In this document: positions 34,701-44,762 of the stretch, one piece after another
Layout: every line of letters starts with the position of its first letter
Position numbering within the stretch: the stretch's first letter is position 1
Assembly: GCA_047967505.1 (NCBI GenBank)
Contig: CM106538.1
Length of the DNA: 64,000 nucleotides
Reading direction: 5' to 3' (one strand)
DNA from: Dipteris shenzhenensis
Taxonomy: Eukaryota
Position numbers and translations under genes: made by a program
The notes under the pieces: generated by a model
The model's input: only the letters and a program-made list of their open reading frames with translations
Database searches by the model: none
Told to the model about the DNA's origin: nothing

Positions 34701-37700
34701 TCTCTATATAAGAGAGGCCCAATTGTATGGATGACACTACAGCTACACTACAGACACTCAAGCAATACAATTATTCCTTGTTCTCTGCTATTTCAGTCTC
34801 CTTTCTGTTCCTTAGCACATTTCTAAATATAGTAAATCTAGGATTTCTTACAAAGCTCCGTTTGATCTTTTCATATGTCTTAGTGATCCTAGCATGTCCT
34901 GCCATAGGAGATGAGTGTATTTCATGCAAAACCAACATCCTATACTTTGAATGTGGCACTAGATAAATTGTCCTTCCAGTACAACAGCCCATTATGCAGC
35001 TTAAATTCAGCATGCCCTTGGCTTGAAGGCTCCTATAACTCCAACAATATGGGAGCTGCTTTTGAATTCTGCATATATTCTTCCTGAATCCCAGGAATCC
35101 ACTCCTGATAGATGGTGGAATCGGCAGATAAACTACAAGCCCACATTCTAGACAAGGCATCGGCAACCACATTTTCTTTCCCCTTCCTGTACTCAATGTC
35201 GAAATCGTAGGACTGAACTGCAGCCAACCACTTCTTCTGCTTCATGGACAAATTGCGCTGCGTAAGAAAGTACTTGATTCTGCCCAATGATTTCAACCAA
35301 TCACAACTCAGGACAGCATCTATTGGGCCCATATCCAGTGCCAAGAGATCACCTGCAAATTTATAATCATCAGAGAACTTCTTGGCAACCATATTTGCTG
35401 ATCATATGCTGTCCAAAAGCACCCTGGAGCATAGAAGCAAGTGCATCCAAAAACTGTGCATGCGCTGCCTGTGCTTCTCGAGATACACGAGAGAGAGGCT
35501 GAGTAGTAGGGATCTCTCTACTACCAGTGGATGCACCCACTATGGAAGGCAGTTGCTCATGCTGAGCAGCCGCATCACTGCCATGAAGTGACTCATGAGG
35601 GGCACGCTTGGGTGCCATGGTGAGTGTCGAGAGAGAGAGAGAGAAGAAGGTCTTGGAGTTTGCTGTCCATACTCCACCTTCGATAGGTGTGGCAGGTGCA
35701 ATATCTACATGACGAAGCACATCCCCGTTAACATAAGACGGCACCTCCAACAGGTTTTATAGTTATTGGATGAAATTTCTTTACATCTGTCATCAGCACT
35801 GACAAGAGTTCCAAACCAACCTAGAATACTTGGGAGGTGCCATGTTTTAGCTATCTTCTCTATGCATCCCAAAAGATTAACCACAGTACTTGGATGACAC
35901 TAGCTCCATTGGTTTGTAGTAGGGAGAAGCACTCTTTGGTCTAATGGGCCATTCTTCGTTTTACTGTCATTTTTCAGAATTTCCAATCATAATTGGACCT
36001 GTGTGTATTCATATAGCTGCGGATGCACGCCTTCAATACACTATTACATTGCTTTCTTTTCAAGCACAAACAGATTTGGCAAATATGTAGTCAAAGGTGC
36101 TATGATATTGAGGAAAATGGCTCAAGGCCTTGTTCAAGGGTGCATTTCATATCATGAGCTCCTGTCATGGAAGCATGGGCAGCTGAACATTGATCAAGGC
36201 GTCCTTTGGAATAGAGAGTTTAAATGTCTCTCACGACTGAGATAAAAGAATAATTTCAGATTGAGAGGAAGGTTTCATGTTGTTCATACGAATGGTGACA
36301 AGTCTTGTAGAAAAGATGTATTTAACATCTAAAGCGAGGGGTTGGCTAAGGCTGAGGATGAGATCTTTTTTATTCTGGTTTGTGTCATATTGCAATTTCT
36401 GATAACCATTACACGCATTGTTTGGCATTTTTTCACTACAAATCAAGAACTTGAGATCTGTTGGATGGATGGGTGCAGGTTCTCATCATTGGCGTGGAGC
36501 CTCTAGATGCAAATGCCATGGCTCTATCCCTACACCATGGTGAGCGTGTTATGCTGGAGAGCGTTGGGGGTTTTGCAGATGGAGTGGCAGTGAAATGCGT
36601 TGGGGAAGAAACTTTTCGAATCTGCAGGGAATTGGTTGATGGAGTGGTTCTTGTGAGCCGGGATGCAATTTGTGCTGCTATCAAAGTAAGGAAGTGTGCA
36701 TGTATACTCAGTAACTTGTTCTAATTTCTTATGCATATTGAATCTTTTCTACCTTGATGTTCCAGGACATGTTTGAGGAGAAGAGAAGTATTCTTGAGCC
36801 AGCAGGTGCACTTGCCTTGGCAGGGGCCCTAGCTTATTGCAAATATTATAATCTGTCTGGAGAAAGCATTGTGGCAGTAACAAGTGGAGCTAACATGAAT
36901 TTTGATCGATTGAGGCTGGTAACTCAGCTCGCTAATGTGGGTGCCAGGAAGGAAGCTGTTTTTGCAACTTTCATTCCGGAAGAGCGTGGATCGTTTAAGA
37001 GATTTATGGAAATGGTACGAGTGTTAATTACTTTTGATTATGTTGCCATTTATAATTTCTTCAAGGGACTAGAAGAGTTTCTCTATTATATCTCTGCACT
37101 GCAAGGCTTAGTGACAGTGTTTTAGAAAACTAAACGTGTTTATGTATCTTCTCAGGTCGGACCTATGAATGTTACAGAATTCAAATACCGTTACGATGAT
37201 GGCAAGGACAAAGCCCTTGTGCTCTGCAGGTGGGTTCGGCTGCCATCTTTTCTTTGCTGCTAACACATGCTACAGGTATTTATCAGAGCTGGTGATCTCA
37301 AAATGGTAGACACAGTCTACCAATTGACAATAAGAGTGTAAACAAAGGGAGGCCATTTGATGATGAGAGCTAAGGCTAGCCTTATAGTCATCAGGTCTTT
37401 TCTTTCTAAATTTTTGAAGAAAGCTAAGTTGAGGGCACTGAGGGTCAGGCAACGCTCCACAAGAGAAGCGTCATTATATAGATTTGGCAGGTTGGCATAA
37501 AATGTGCCCCAGCTTAATGAGTGGCACAGAAATGTGCTTAACTCAGATGTCATGGCAAGCCTGCTTAATGGACCGGTCATTCATTGCTGAGGATCGTTTC
37601 CTGTGTGTAAGGGTCTCAATATTGAAGCCATACATTAACAAATATGTTTTCACCACTAAGTGTAAATTCTTTGTATAAACATAGAACTTCGCTGTTCAAA

Positions 37701-40700
37701 TCTCTCTGAGGAGAATGGCATCTAAAGGCGAGCCATGATATTTTTTTAATCCTCATATAAGCCACCATGTGAAGATACTTCCTTGTGAGCCAGTTCTTTC
37801 GAAGAGCCTTCTCCTGTATGTTTTGAAAATAATACAAAATCAGCTATCTGTGAGGTGCTGCCGAGAAAGCGAAATGACCTACTTGCACAAAATGGTGGGC
37901 TATATGTGAAATGGATTCCTCAGTCGGTGAGAATGTAATAGATACCTGCAGGTTAAGCCTTGTAGGAGTGTTGATGCTGCTCAGTGGTCTTCCTGGAAGC
38001 CTCTATACCTTGCTCCCAAATCAAGGGCAAGTCAGTAATTAGTTTAATCTTTTGATTAGGCTTTTAATGCACAAATAATTAATTAAACAAGTAGGCCTAG
38101 AATAAATAAAATCCCAGGTTTGCTAGGCTCATAGCTTAACCTAGACAACAAGAATTTACCAAAACTGAAGCCATCTTTTAGATCTTGACTTGCCCTAGGT
38201 AACGTGCATGTGAGTGATCAAGATGCTAATCCTAACATCAAAGATTATGTGTTCGAAGATCGCATCTGCCTCAAGGTTAAACACTGATCTATCCTCATTG
38301 AGCCAAGCATCATTGTCCAACACATCAAGGCTCATGCATGGCTATTGGAGACCTAGCTGGTGTTAAGAAACCCTTTTGGATGTGTGAAGCATCATCAATC
38401 TCTTTTGGCACGTTGATAATTTAAGATTTAGGTGGTGGGTGACTCGATAGGATATATTGATGTGAAGTCCAACTTGTGCACTAGCTTCGAACTTTTTGTC
38501 ACTAAATGTGACTATGATGAATATTGAAGATCTGTCACCATACCGTATATGTTAAAGCAAGACCGTACTGAAGACGGAGAAAGTAAACTCTATTGAAGAT
38601 GGTAAAGTCATACTGAAGGTGACAAATGACATTGTAGGTTAGATCACTTTGAAGGTGATAAGAGTCACACTGAAGGTGACATGGACACACTAAATGTGTC
38701 AGACACATTGAAGATATTATAGGCTATACTGAAGATTGTGTTGTAGATAATGTGGTCATGCTAAAGATGACATGGTAACACTGAAAGTGACAAGAGCATA
38801 CATGGTGATCAGCCATGGTAAAAGAGCATACATAGTGATCAGCCATATCACGCTAAAGGTGACATGGTAACAGAGAAGGTGACAAGTGCATACATATTGA
38901 TCAGCCATGGTAAAAGCTCTGAACTATAAATAACCATGCACGCATGGTTCATAACAGATAACGGGCCAGGGTGTGAAGTCCTATCACAAGAACTTACACA
39001 AAGAAACTCACATGTGTAGTTAGTAAGCATTTGATCATAAGAAAGGGAAGACTTTGAAGAAAGTTTCTTGAAACTAGAAGAAGTCCCTTCCGTTAATTGC
39101 TCAAAGCAAAGTAATCATCTTCCTAAAGAAGATGAAACTCTTCTTCGAAGATTCCATAGGAAAATTTTCATTTCTTATATTGACAATGTTCCAATAACTT
39201 TACTTTTATTTGCAATTTTTTAAACTTAGAATGTCTTTTGAGAGAAGTGAGCGCCTGTCTTAGTTTCTCAAACAAAAGGATCTTATCTCAAAACACCAGA
39301 GCTTGTGCAAGTCTTCTAGATTTGTTTGCAATCCAAGTATCCCTTGTCTTTGTGTTGCTTGGAAGTTTCACAAAACTCCAAAAAAGCCAATATTTATTGC
39401 AGCTGCTTGTGAGACTACTTTGACAGATGTCTCTAAATGGCTAAGCTACTACTTCAAAGCCATGTTGCCTAGTGTCCATGAACTTTTGAGGGATTTATTA
39501 AAGGAGGCAAATGTCCCCTCGCATTCAAGCTAGATTTTAAATGACTCTATAGGAGGGATTCCTACTGTAAAATTTAATTCCTCTTGAAGCATTCAGGAAA
39601 AATATACAAAGGTCGAGTTGGAAGATCTGAAGTTTAGAATCAAAAAGCTAATTGCTGAAGTTTTAAAGCTGAGAGTTGACAAAGATAGATGCAAAGTGCT
39701 AAAAGTTGAGAAAACAACTTTATGTTTTGGCTTTTTGTGGCTAAATAATAAAGATCATGACATCGATTCTAGAAATAAAAGATACTCAAAGATAGTAAGT
39801 GTTGGAGATGTATGCTCTTGGATAGATTTTCTTTTAGATAATCTTTACATCACAATAGGTGATTCTTTGTTTCAACAAATTATAGGAGTCCCTATGGGCA
39901 CTAATTGTGCTATCTTTGCAAACTTTAATCTTTTCACTTATGACTGAGAGTTTATGCAACATCTTATTTCTATTAATACCTGCCCTATCATTTTACATAA
40001 GCTTAGCTAGTTAGGCGTTTTATACATGATGTATTTGTACCAGATGTTCTTGACTTTCAAGACTTTATGTACATAGACGCTTGTGCTTTGGAGAAGGAAT
40101 CTATCCTCGTCACTGTTGTGAACTGAGCTGCACTTCAAGAGGGGATTCTTGTGTTTCCTTAGATCTTAGACTTTTTCAATCTATTGTAGGATTAGAGGAC
40201 TTTATGGTTCTCAATCTTATGAGTGACTCTCGTGAGATTGAAACTGCACTATTTTGTGTTTTTAGAGGATGAGTTTGGGAATGTTCCTGGATTCATCTAG
40301 GTATATTGTAGGATTAGAGGTTGATATATGATAAACGTGCACAACCTGAATTTAATGGTTTACACACTATTAAAGTGCCTCACATTTCTGATTTGGCAAA
40401 ATATGGAGTCATTTCTTCCCAATTCCATAGATTTTCCCGCCTTTGTACAACTAAGGAGTCTTTTATCACTCAATATAGTAATTTGATCACTTTACTAATA
40501 CACAAGAGGTATAATCCAAGAAAAATAATGAAAAAAGTATGCACAATCTTAGATATGAAGTCTTTTATCTATGGTGTATCGGCTTTAGGCAAGAAGCAAG
40601 GATAAGAATAGCCTGTTTTTCTTTTACTTTCAAAAGAGAGTTTGATTGAGTATGCATGTTAAGTTAGGAATCTAATATAGCTGCTTATGCTTGAGAACTG

Positions 40701-40988
40701 ATAATGACATAAGTGGCGCTTTGCTTGCTAAGTATGTCTTCCTTTTGTTTTAAAAAAAAAAATTGTTACCTCTTTTTCTTCTCTCTTTTATTTTCTGTGT
40801 AGATTTTTGGACTTTAGAACAACAAAATTTCTAAATTTGTAGGATTGGATATATTCTAGTCATACAAAGGTGTATATAGGAATGTAATTTTGCATCTTTG
40901 TAGGTAGTGGTATATAAGTGTAAGGGGTTCATTTAGTTTTTGGTTTTTTAAATAATTCTTTCATTCTGTAATTTATTTCTTTCATTCC

Positions 40989-41025
<37 letters not shown>

Positions 41026-43309
41026 ATTCCTGTTTTTTGGAAGATTTTGTTTCTTGATTTGCTTGTTTATTTTTGCTTAGTCACCTTCTTCCTTTCTTCT
41101 TTATTTCTTGTTTTCTCTCTCTTTGACCCATTTTAGTAAGCATTGGGTTTGCCCAAGAGACTCCTCGTTTGAGAAAGTCTTGTAGTGTTTCCCAATAGTA
41201 CTGATATTCTTGTAGTGTTTCCCAATAATATTGAATAAGTTCTTTAGAAACCTAGTATAGCTTCTTATTCTTGGGCACTGATGACGACTTAAGTTCGCTT
41301 TCTAAGTATGTCTTCCTTTTGTTTTTCAAAAAATTTTGTTACCTCTTTTTTCTTCTCTTTCATTTTGTCTTTTATTTTCTGTGTAGATTCTCGGACTTTA
41401 GAATAACAAAAAATCTAAATTTGTACAATTTGATATATTATAGTCTTACAAAGGTATATATATACGATCATAAGAAAAGTAAATGAAAATATGGTATCCA
41501 ATAATAATCCATTAATGTAGTCAAGGAAAAGTGCAGGTATGCTATATGGTGAAGGATGATTTCCAAGCCATGTGAGGCCTACTGTTCCGTGTGTTATCTT
41601 TTATGTCCAAAGAAAGTTGCGTACCAATCGTCTAAGCTGTCCCATGCACCCTTTGTGGAAGCACCATCAAGATGCAGTGTACCAAGGGTTACACTCTCTT
41701 CTTGCAAGGGAGAGTTTGGATGAGCTCAAGTACAACATCTTAGGATGAACACTCTCAAGGGTGCAGCCTCCTACTCATGGGAGATGGCAATCACAAAGTT
41801 GTATCCTTGATAGTGCATAGTCGGGCCTCTAAGAGACTCACCCTAAGTGAGAGAACCCTTTGTCTTATAACGAAGCCTACTGATTTGTGCGAGTTGATCT
41901 TGACGCCCAAAGCCCAAAAACACCTCTTCAAAAGTAGTCTCAACCTCTCTAAGCTATTCGTTGATGATTCCATGAAAGGTTTGTGTCATCAGCAAACTCC
42001 AAGTCCAATAGCTCCTCCTTTTGAATCGGGAGCCGCATAGCTAAGATCTTGTAGGCTATGTTGAAGAGGCTCTTTCTCCACTGTCGAATGTTGGCTGAAT
42101 CTTCTCCCTTGGAAATAACAATATGGGAGATATGGGACCATCAAAGGTCTTGCAGAAGGCATGGTAGGGCGAGGCACTGACCATGTCCGAGAACTTTCTA
42201 AGAAGGCTGGGGAACTACATCCTCTCCCATACATTTCTGTACCCTGAGGGGCTTTAGGCCTCTAGCATTACCGTGGGGCTCTAGGGCCTCTAGCATCTTA
42301 GGTCCCCTAGCGAGCAGCGTCTGTTTCAGGTGCGGAATCCTTGGTCTGCAACAACTAGCCAATCATAAGTTGTGAAACCACTAATAGAACATGGACCTAG
42401 ATCTCCTAGTGAGCAGACTCTATCTGAGGTATGGAATACTTGTCCTGCAACAACTGGCTATACAACAAAGTAGTCAACCTCAAAATCTCATTGGGTCATC
42501 TGGCCCTCATCACAAAGATGCTGGAGCTGCATGCCTGCTGATCTAGGTCCTGTAGTTTGGAAGGACTGATCGGTCATCCTATCTCCATGATGTCCCTGGC
42601 TAGCCTGTACTCCGCTCGTCTAACCTTTATCATGTGCAGCCCTACTCTGGCATACTCGTACTTGGTCTGCCAGACGTGGTGACTCGGACTGCTGCTCCAC
42701 ATTTGCTCAATAGAAGCTAGGTCAGGGGAAGGACCATGAACCGCTCCTAAAGAGTCTGGCAGTGACTGACGGCTTGCTCTTGTACTGCTGCACTGCTCCT
42801 CTAGATAGCTTACGTGTACATTGCACCCAGATCACCTTGCAGGGGTGGCTTCGAGGGTTTAGATTGTGGATGAGTGCCTTTCTAACCTCCTCCTGTTGAT
42901 CTGGGATCCTCACTCACTGCAGTAACTCCCTATGGGTACGTGCCTTTCAAACCTCACTCCTTGCTGCAGTAACTTTCTATGTGGCTGCACTTGGCGAAGT
43001 ACGATTGGGGACTATTCTACCATGGTGGTCACTGTGGAACCTCCTCTCGCGTGGCCTAATCTCCAATGTAAAATTGTTTCGGCCTCTTCAAGAGGCCATT
43101 GTGTCTGTGTTAGCCGAAGCAGTAGCACCTCTTTTACTGTTGTTTTCCTATCCATCCCATTTCTTCCAAGCATTGGCCCTTCCTTTGTACCATCGTCTTT
43201 CTTTATATGCCAAAAATTCAGCCCCCTTGTAGCAGCCTATTGAGTCCCTTATTATAATGATTCATGAACATTTTGACCAAGTGCTTCCCTCTTAGAAATT
43301 ATGTGCCTT

Positions 43310-43362
<53 letters not shown>

Positions 43363-44158
43363 CTCATGTGCTATTTTAAAGCAGTGTAGGGCTTCATAAG
43401 GAGGAGGAGCTTCAGGCCATGAAGAGCAGATTAGAAGGTGCTGAGATGAGAACATTGGACCTTACAAACAATGACTTGGTGAAAGACCACCTTCGTCATC
43501 TTGTAAGCACTTATTCCTTATCTATTTCAGAGGTTCATCTTATATTTAAGCAGCGTATTAACAGCTCCAAAAGGCAAATTGCAATTCCCTTTTCCTACAC
43601 TCAATTCCATGTGTATATGTGTGTGATATCATTATATGAGAAGCAGCGTTTCAGGATTTAAGCTACCTATTAGATTGATGTTTTTTCAAGATTTTGACAT
43701 TTCTATGATGAGTTGCTTCATATCAGATGGGTGGCCGCACAAATGTGAAGAATGAGCTTTTATACAGATTTGTATTTCCAGAGAGACCTGGTGCTCTCAT
43801 GAAATTCCTTAACACTTTCAGTCCACGTTGGAGCATTACTCTATTTCATTATCGCAGCCAGGTAAGCCATTGTTTGGTGCCATGATATCATATTGGAATA
43901 TTTTCAAGTAGTTGTAGGAAAAATATATCTATAATTGGATGGTCCTCTCAGATAGTTCTTAAAGTGACTCAGAAAGCAACTCTTGTTAAATCTAGAATGC
44001 TACACTATGCTGCACAGGGTGAGATGGGTGCCAATGTATTGGTTGGCATGCAAGTTCCTAAGGAAGATGAAAGAGAGTTCACAAATTGCGCCAATCTCCT
44101 TGGCTATGAATACCAAGATGAACGAACAAATGTGGCTTTCCAAGTGATCATGAGATGA
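16154..44158 (+). CDS. OMR1: Threonine dehydratase/deaminase, biosynthetic, plastid-type (whole gene span; 9 exons, 1932 nt, 643 aa)
   Basis: join(16154..16711,16805..16984,17101..17370,36479..36685,36766..37014,37156..37229,43385..43502,43727..43861,44018..44158). All introns are GT-AG and the frame is continuous without stops. PLP-lysine motif [25 protein letters not shown], and two C-terminal ACT-like repeats ([14 protein letters not shown]). Confidence 0.96.
16805..16984 (+). CDS. OMR1: TD exon 2
   Basis: [13 protein letters not shown]...[11 protein letters not shown]...TTPEIK; flanked by CAG and GT. Not in the ORF track. Confidence 0.97.
17101..17370 (+). CDS. OMR1: TD exon 3
   Basis: WKSVERLGA...[14 protein letters not shown]...[11 protein letters not shown]...VRPE. 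Confidence 0.97.
18700..19614 (-). mobile_element. Old LTR-like relic in intron 3
   Basis: Minus strand has a purine-rich GGAGGGAT followed by TGTAGTGAACC at 19614. The 18840-19070 segment resembles 38110-38340. The lower boundary is uncertain. Confidence 0.4.
19945..20232. repeat. Perfect 144-bp tandem duplication in the host gypsy 3' LTR region
   Basis: 19945-20088 equals 20089-20232. A second 57-bp duplication lies at 20431-20544 (1 mismatch). Confidence 0.95.
22046..26356 (-). pseudogene. Copia gag-pol (gag, CCHC, PR, INT, RT, RH) broken by about 4 frameshifts
   Basis: [85 protein letters not shown]. Confidence 0.95.
26988..27324. promoter_or_regulatory. Dense GTAC/GTACGG motif cluster in the copia 5' leader
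   Basis: 19 GTAC, 12 of them GTACGG, counted by eye in about 335 bp. Function is inferred only. Confidence 0.6.
28797..29000 (+). repeat. Tandem array of (TC)GCTGCCAGCCC-containing units in the gypsy leader
   Basis: About ten copies of the core with variable spacers; explains the overlapping spurious ORFs here. Confidence 0.9.
29853..34387 (+). pseudogene. Gypsy gag-pol with chromodomain; multiple stops and frameshifts
   Basis: [13 protein letters not shown] gag; [13 protein letters not shown] knuckle; ILIDSG protease; [10 protein letters not shown] and YLDD RT; TDASD RNase H; MDFIT integrase; GPF motif; IPERILDHR...FLVLW...DATW chromodomain. Confidence 0.95.
36479..36685 (+). CDS. OMR1: TD exon 4
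   Basis: VLIIGVEP...[11 protein letters not shown]...AICAAIK; follows the 19,108-bp intron 3. Confidence 0.96.
36766..37014 (+). CDS. OMR1: TD exon 5
   Basis: [20 protein letters not shown]...[12 protein letters not shown]...FMEM. Confidence 0.96.
37156..37229 (+). CDS. OMR1: TD exon 6
   Basis: [24 protein letters not shown](S); phase-2 donor. Confidence 0.93.
38550..38915 (+). repeat. Degenerate array of about 21-bp units (CACTGAAGGTGACA-like) within an LTR-like relic in intron 6
   Basis: Recurrent CTGAAGGTGACA / CTGAAGAT and GAGCATACAT.GTGATCAGCCAT units. Confidence 0.7.
39080..41465 (+). mobile_element. Decayed Penelope-like retroelement (Naiad/Chlamys-type RT) with downstream direct repeats (about 40676-40878 and 41256-41462)
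   Basis: Collinear motifs [66 protein letters not shown] (degenerate YIDD); GIYP...[24 protein letters not shown]. Confidence 0.8.
41500..43230 (-). mobile_element. Highly degenerate gypsy-like gag/protease remnant
   Basis: Weak minus-strand gag-like ([21 protein letters not shown]) and protease C-terminal-like (VGLTWLGNH) pieces. Confidence 0.35.
43311..43360. repeat. Compound (GT)n(GA)n microsatellite just upstream of the exon 7 acceptor
   Basis: Seen directly. Confidence 0.95.
43385..43502 (+). CDS. OMR1: TD exon 7
   Basis: (S)[16 protein letters not shown]...[10 protein letters not shown]; phase matches exon 6 across the 6,155-bp intron. Confidence 0.93.
43727..43861 (+). CDS. OMR1: TD exon 8
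   Basis: [28 protein letters not shown]...[11 protein letters not shown]. Confidence 0.96.
44018..44158 (+). CDS. OMR1: TD exon 9 (with stop)
   Basis: [14 protein letters not shown]...LGYEY...VIMR*. Confidence 0.95.
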   Translation, partial: GEMGANVLVGMQVPKEDEREFTNCANLLGYEYQDERTNVAFQVIMR

Positions 44159-44654
44159 GTTACGAAGATTTTGTGCAAACTATGTATACAGAGCACGTGC
44201 AGGGATGCTACACAGGCGTGAGAAGTTCTATGGGTATCATGGACCGATTATTTTTCTTTGAGCCTAGCACTCGCATCATTACCTTCTCTAATGGTGCCTT
44301 TGATATCTCTGCTGAGGAGGAAAGTACTCTTATGGTATCCCTAAGGGGTTGCATTTACTGGATGCCTCGTAGTCTTTGAAAAATTTCCAATGTAAAAGTT
44401 GACTTCAATTCTTGATTTGATGCTTCATGGTGATCGGTTAAAGTTTTGCCTCCAGATTGTTATTCAAGACCTTATGGCGACCTTCTAGTGGGACTGGTTG
44501 TTCATGTATTAATTTGGCAAGTGGCACGGTTGGAGAATTTCTTATTGTAACTTAGCTCAACAAACTAAACTAGGATAAGCATCTTTGCGTGTGGGTGGGA
44601 CACAGGTACATGCCTACACCTTGTTGCTGTTGCATACGTGCCTTGGGTGCACGC

Positions 44655-44762
44655 ATCTATGTACATATGTATACATGTGTGTGTGTGTGTGTACATATAC
44701 ATACATACACACGTATATGTATATACATGCATACATACATGTAGACGTGCGCACACATATAT
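44655..44762. repeat. Alternating purine-pyrimidine (TA/TG/CA) low-complexity tract downstream of the TD gene
   Basis: Seen directly. Confidence 0.85.

Larger units (their letters stand above)
27718..34852 (+). mobile_element. Full-length chromoviral Ty3/gypsy LTR retrotransposon, 7,135 bp, TSD AAGCT
   Basis: 409-bp LTRs at 27718-28126 and 34444-34852 (about 4 differences). AAGCT at 27713-27717 and 34853-34857. PBS TGGTATCAGAGC 28128-28139; PPT 34431-34443. Confidence 0.97.
19920..35620 (-). mobile_element. Older, internally deleted chromoviral Ty3/gypsy element hosting two nested insertions (own sequence about 19920-21737, 27698-27717 and 34853-35620)
   Basis: Minus-strand RNase H C-terminus ([19 protein letters not shown]), split HHCC finger, integrase core ([14 protein letters not shown]), chromodomain-like IPERIMGFR...[12 protein letters not shown] at about 20565-20580 and 3' LTR starting TGTAATG at 20564. 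Outer boundaries are approximate. Confidence 0.85.

Noticed and set aside
27760-34966. Duplicated small ORFs (27760-28192 and 34486-34966)
   Set aside because: They lie in the two LTR copies; no coding signature.
44155-44379. ORF overlapping the TD stop codon
   Set aside because: Lies in the probable 3' UTR; no recognisable domain.
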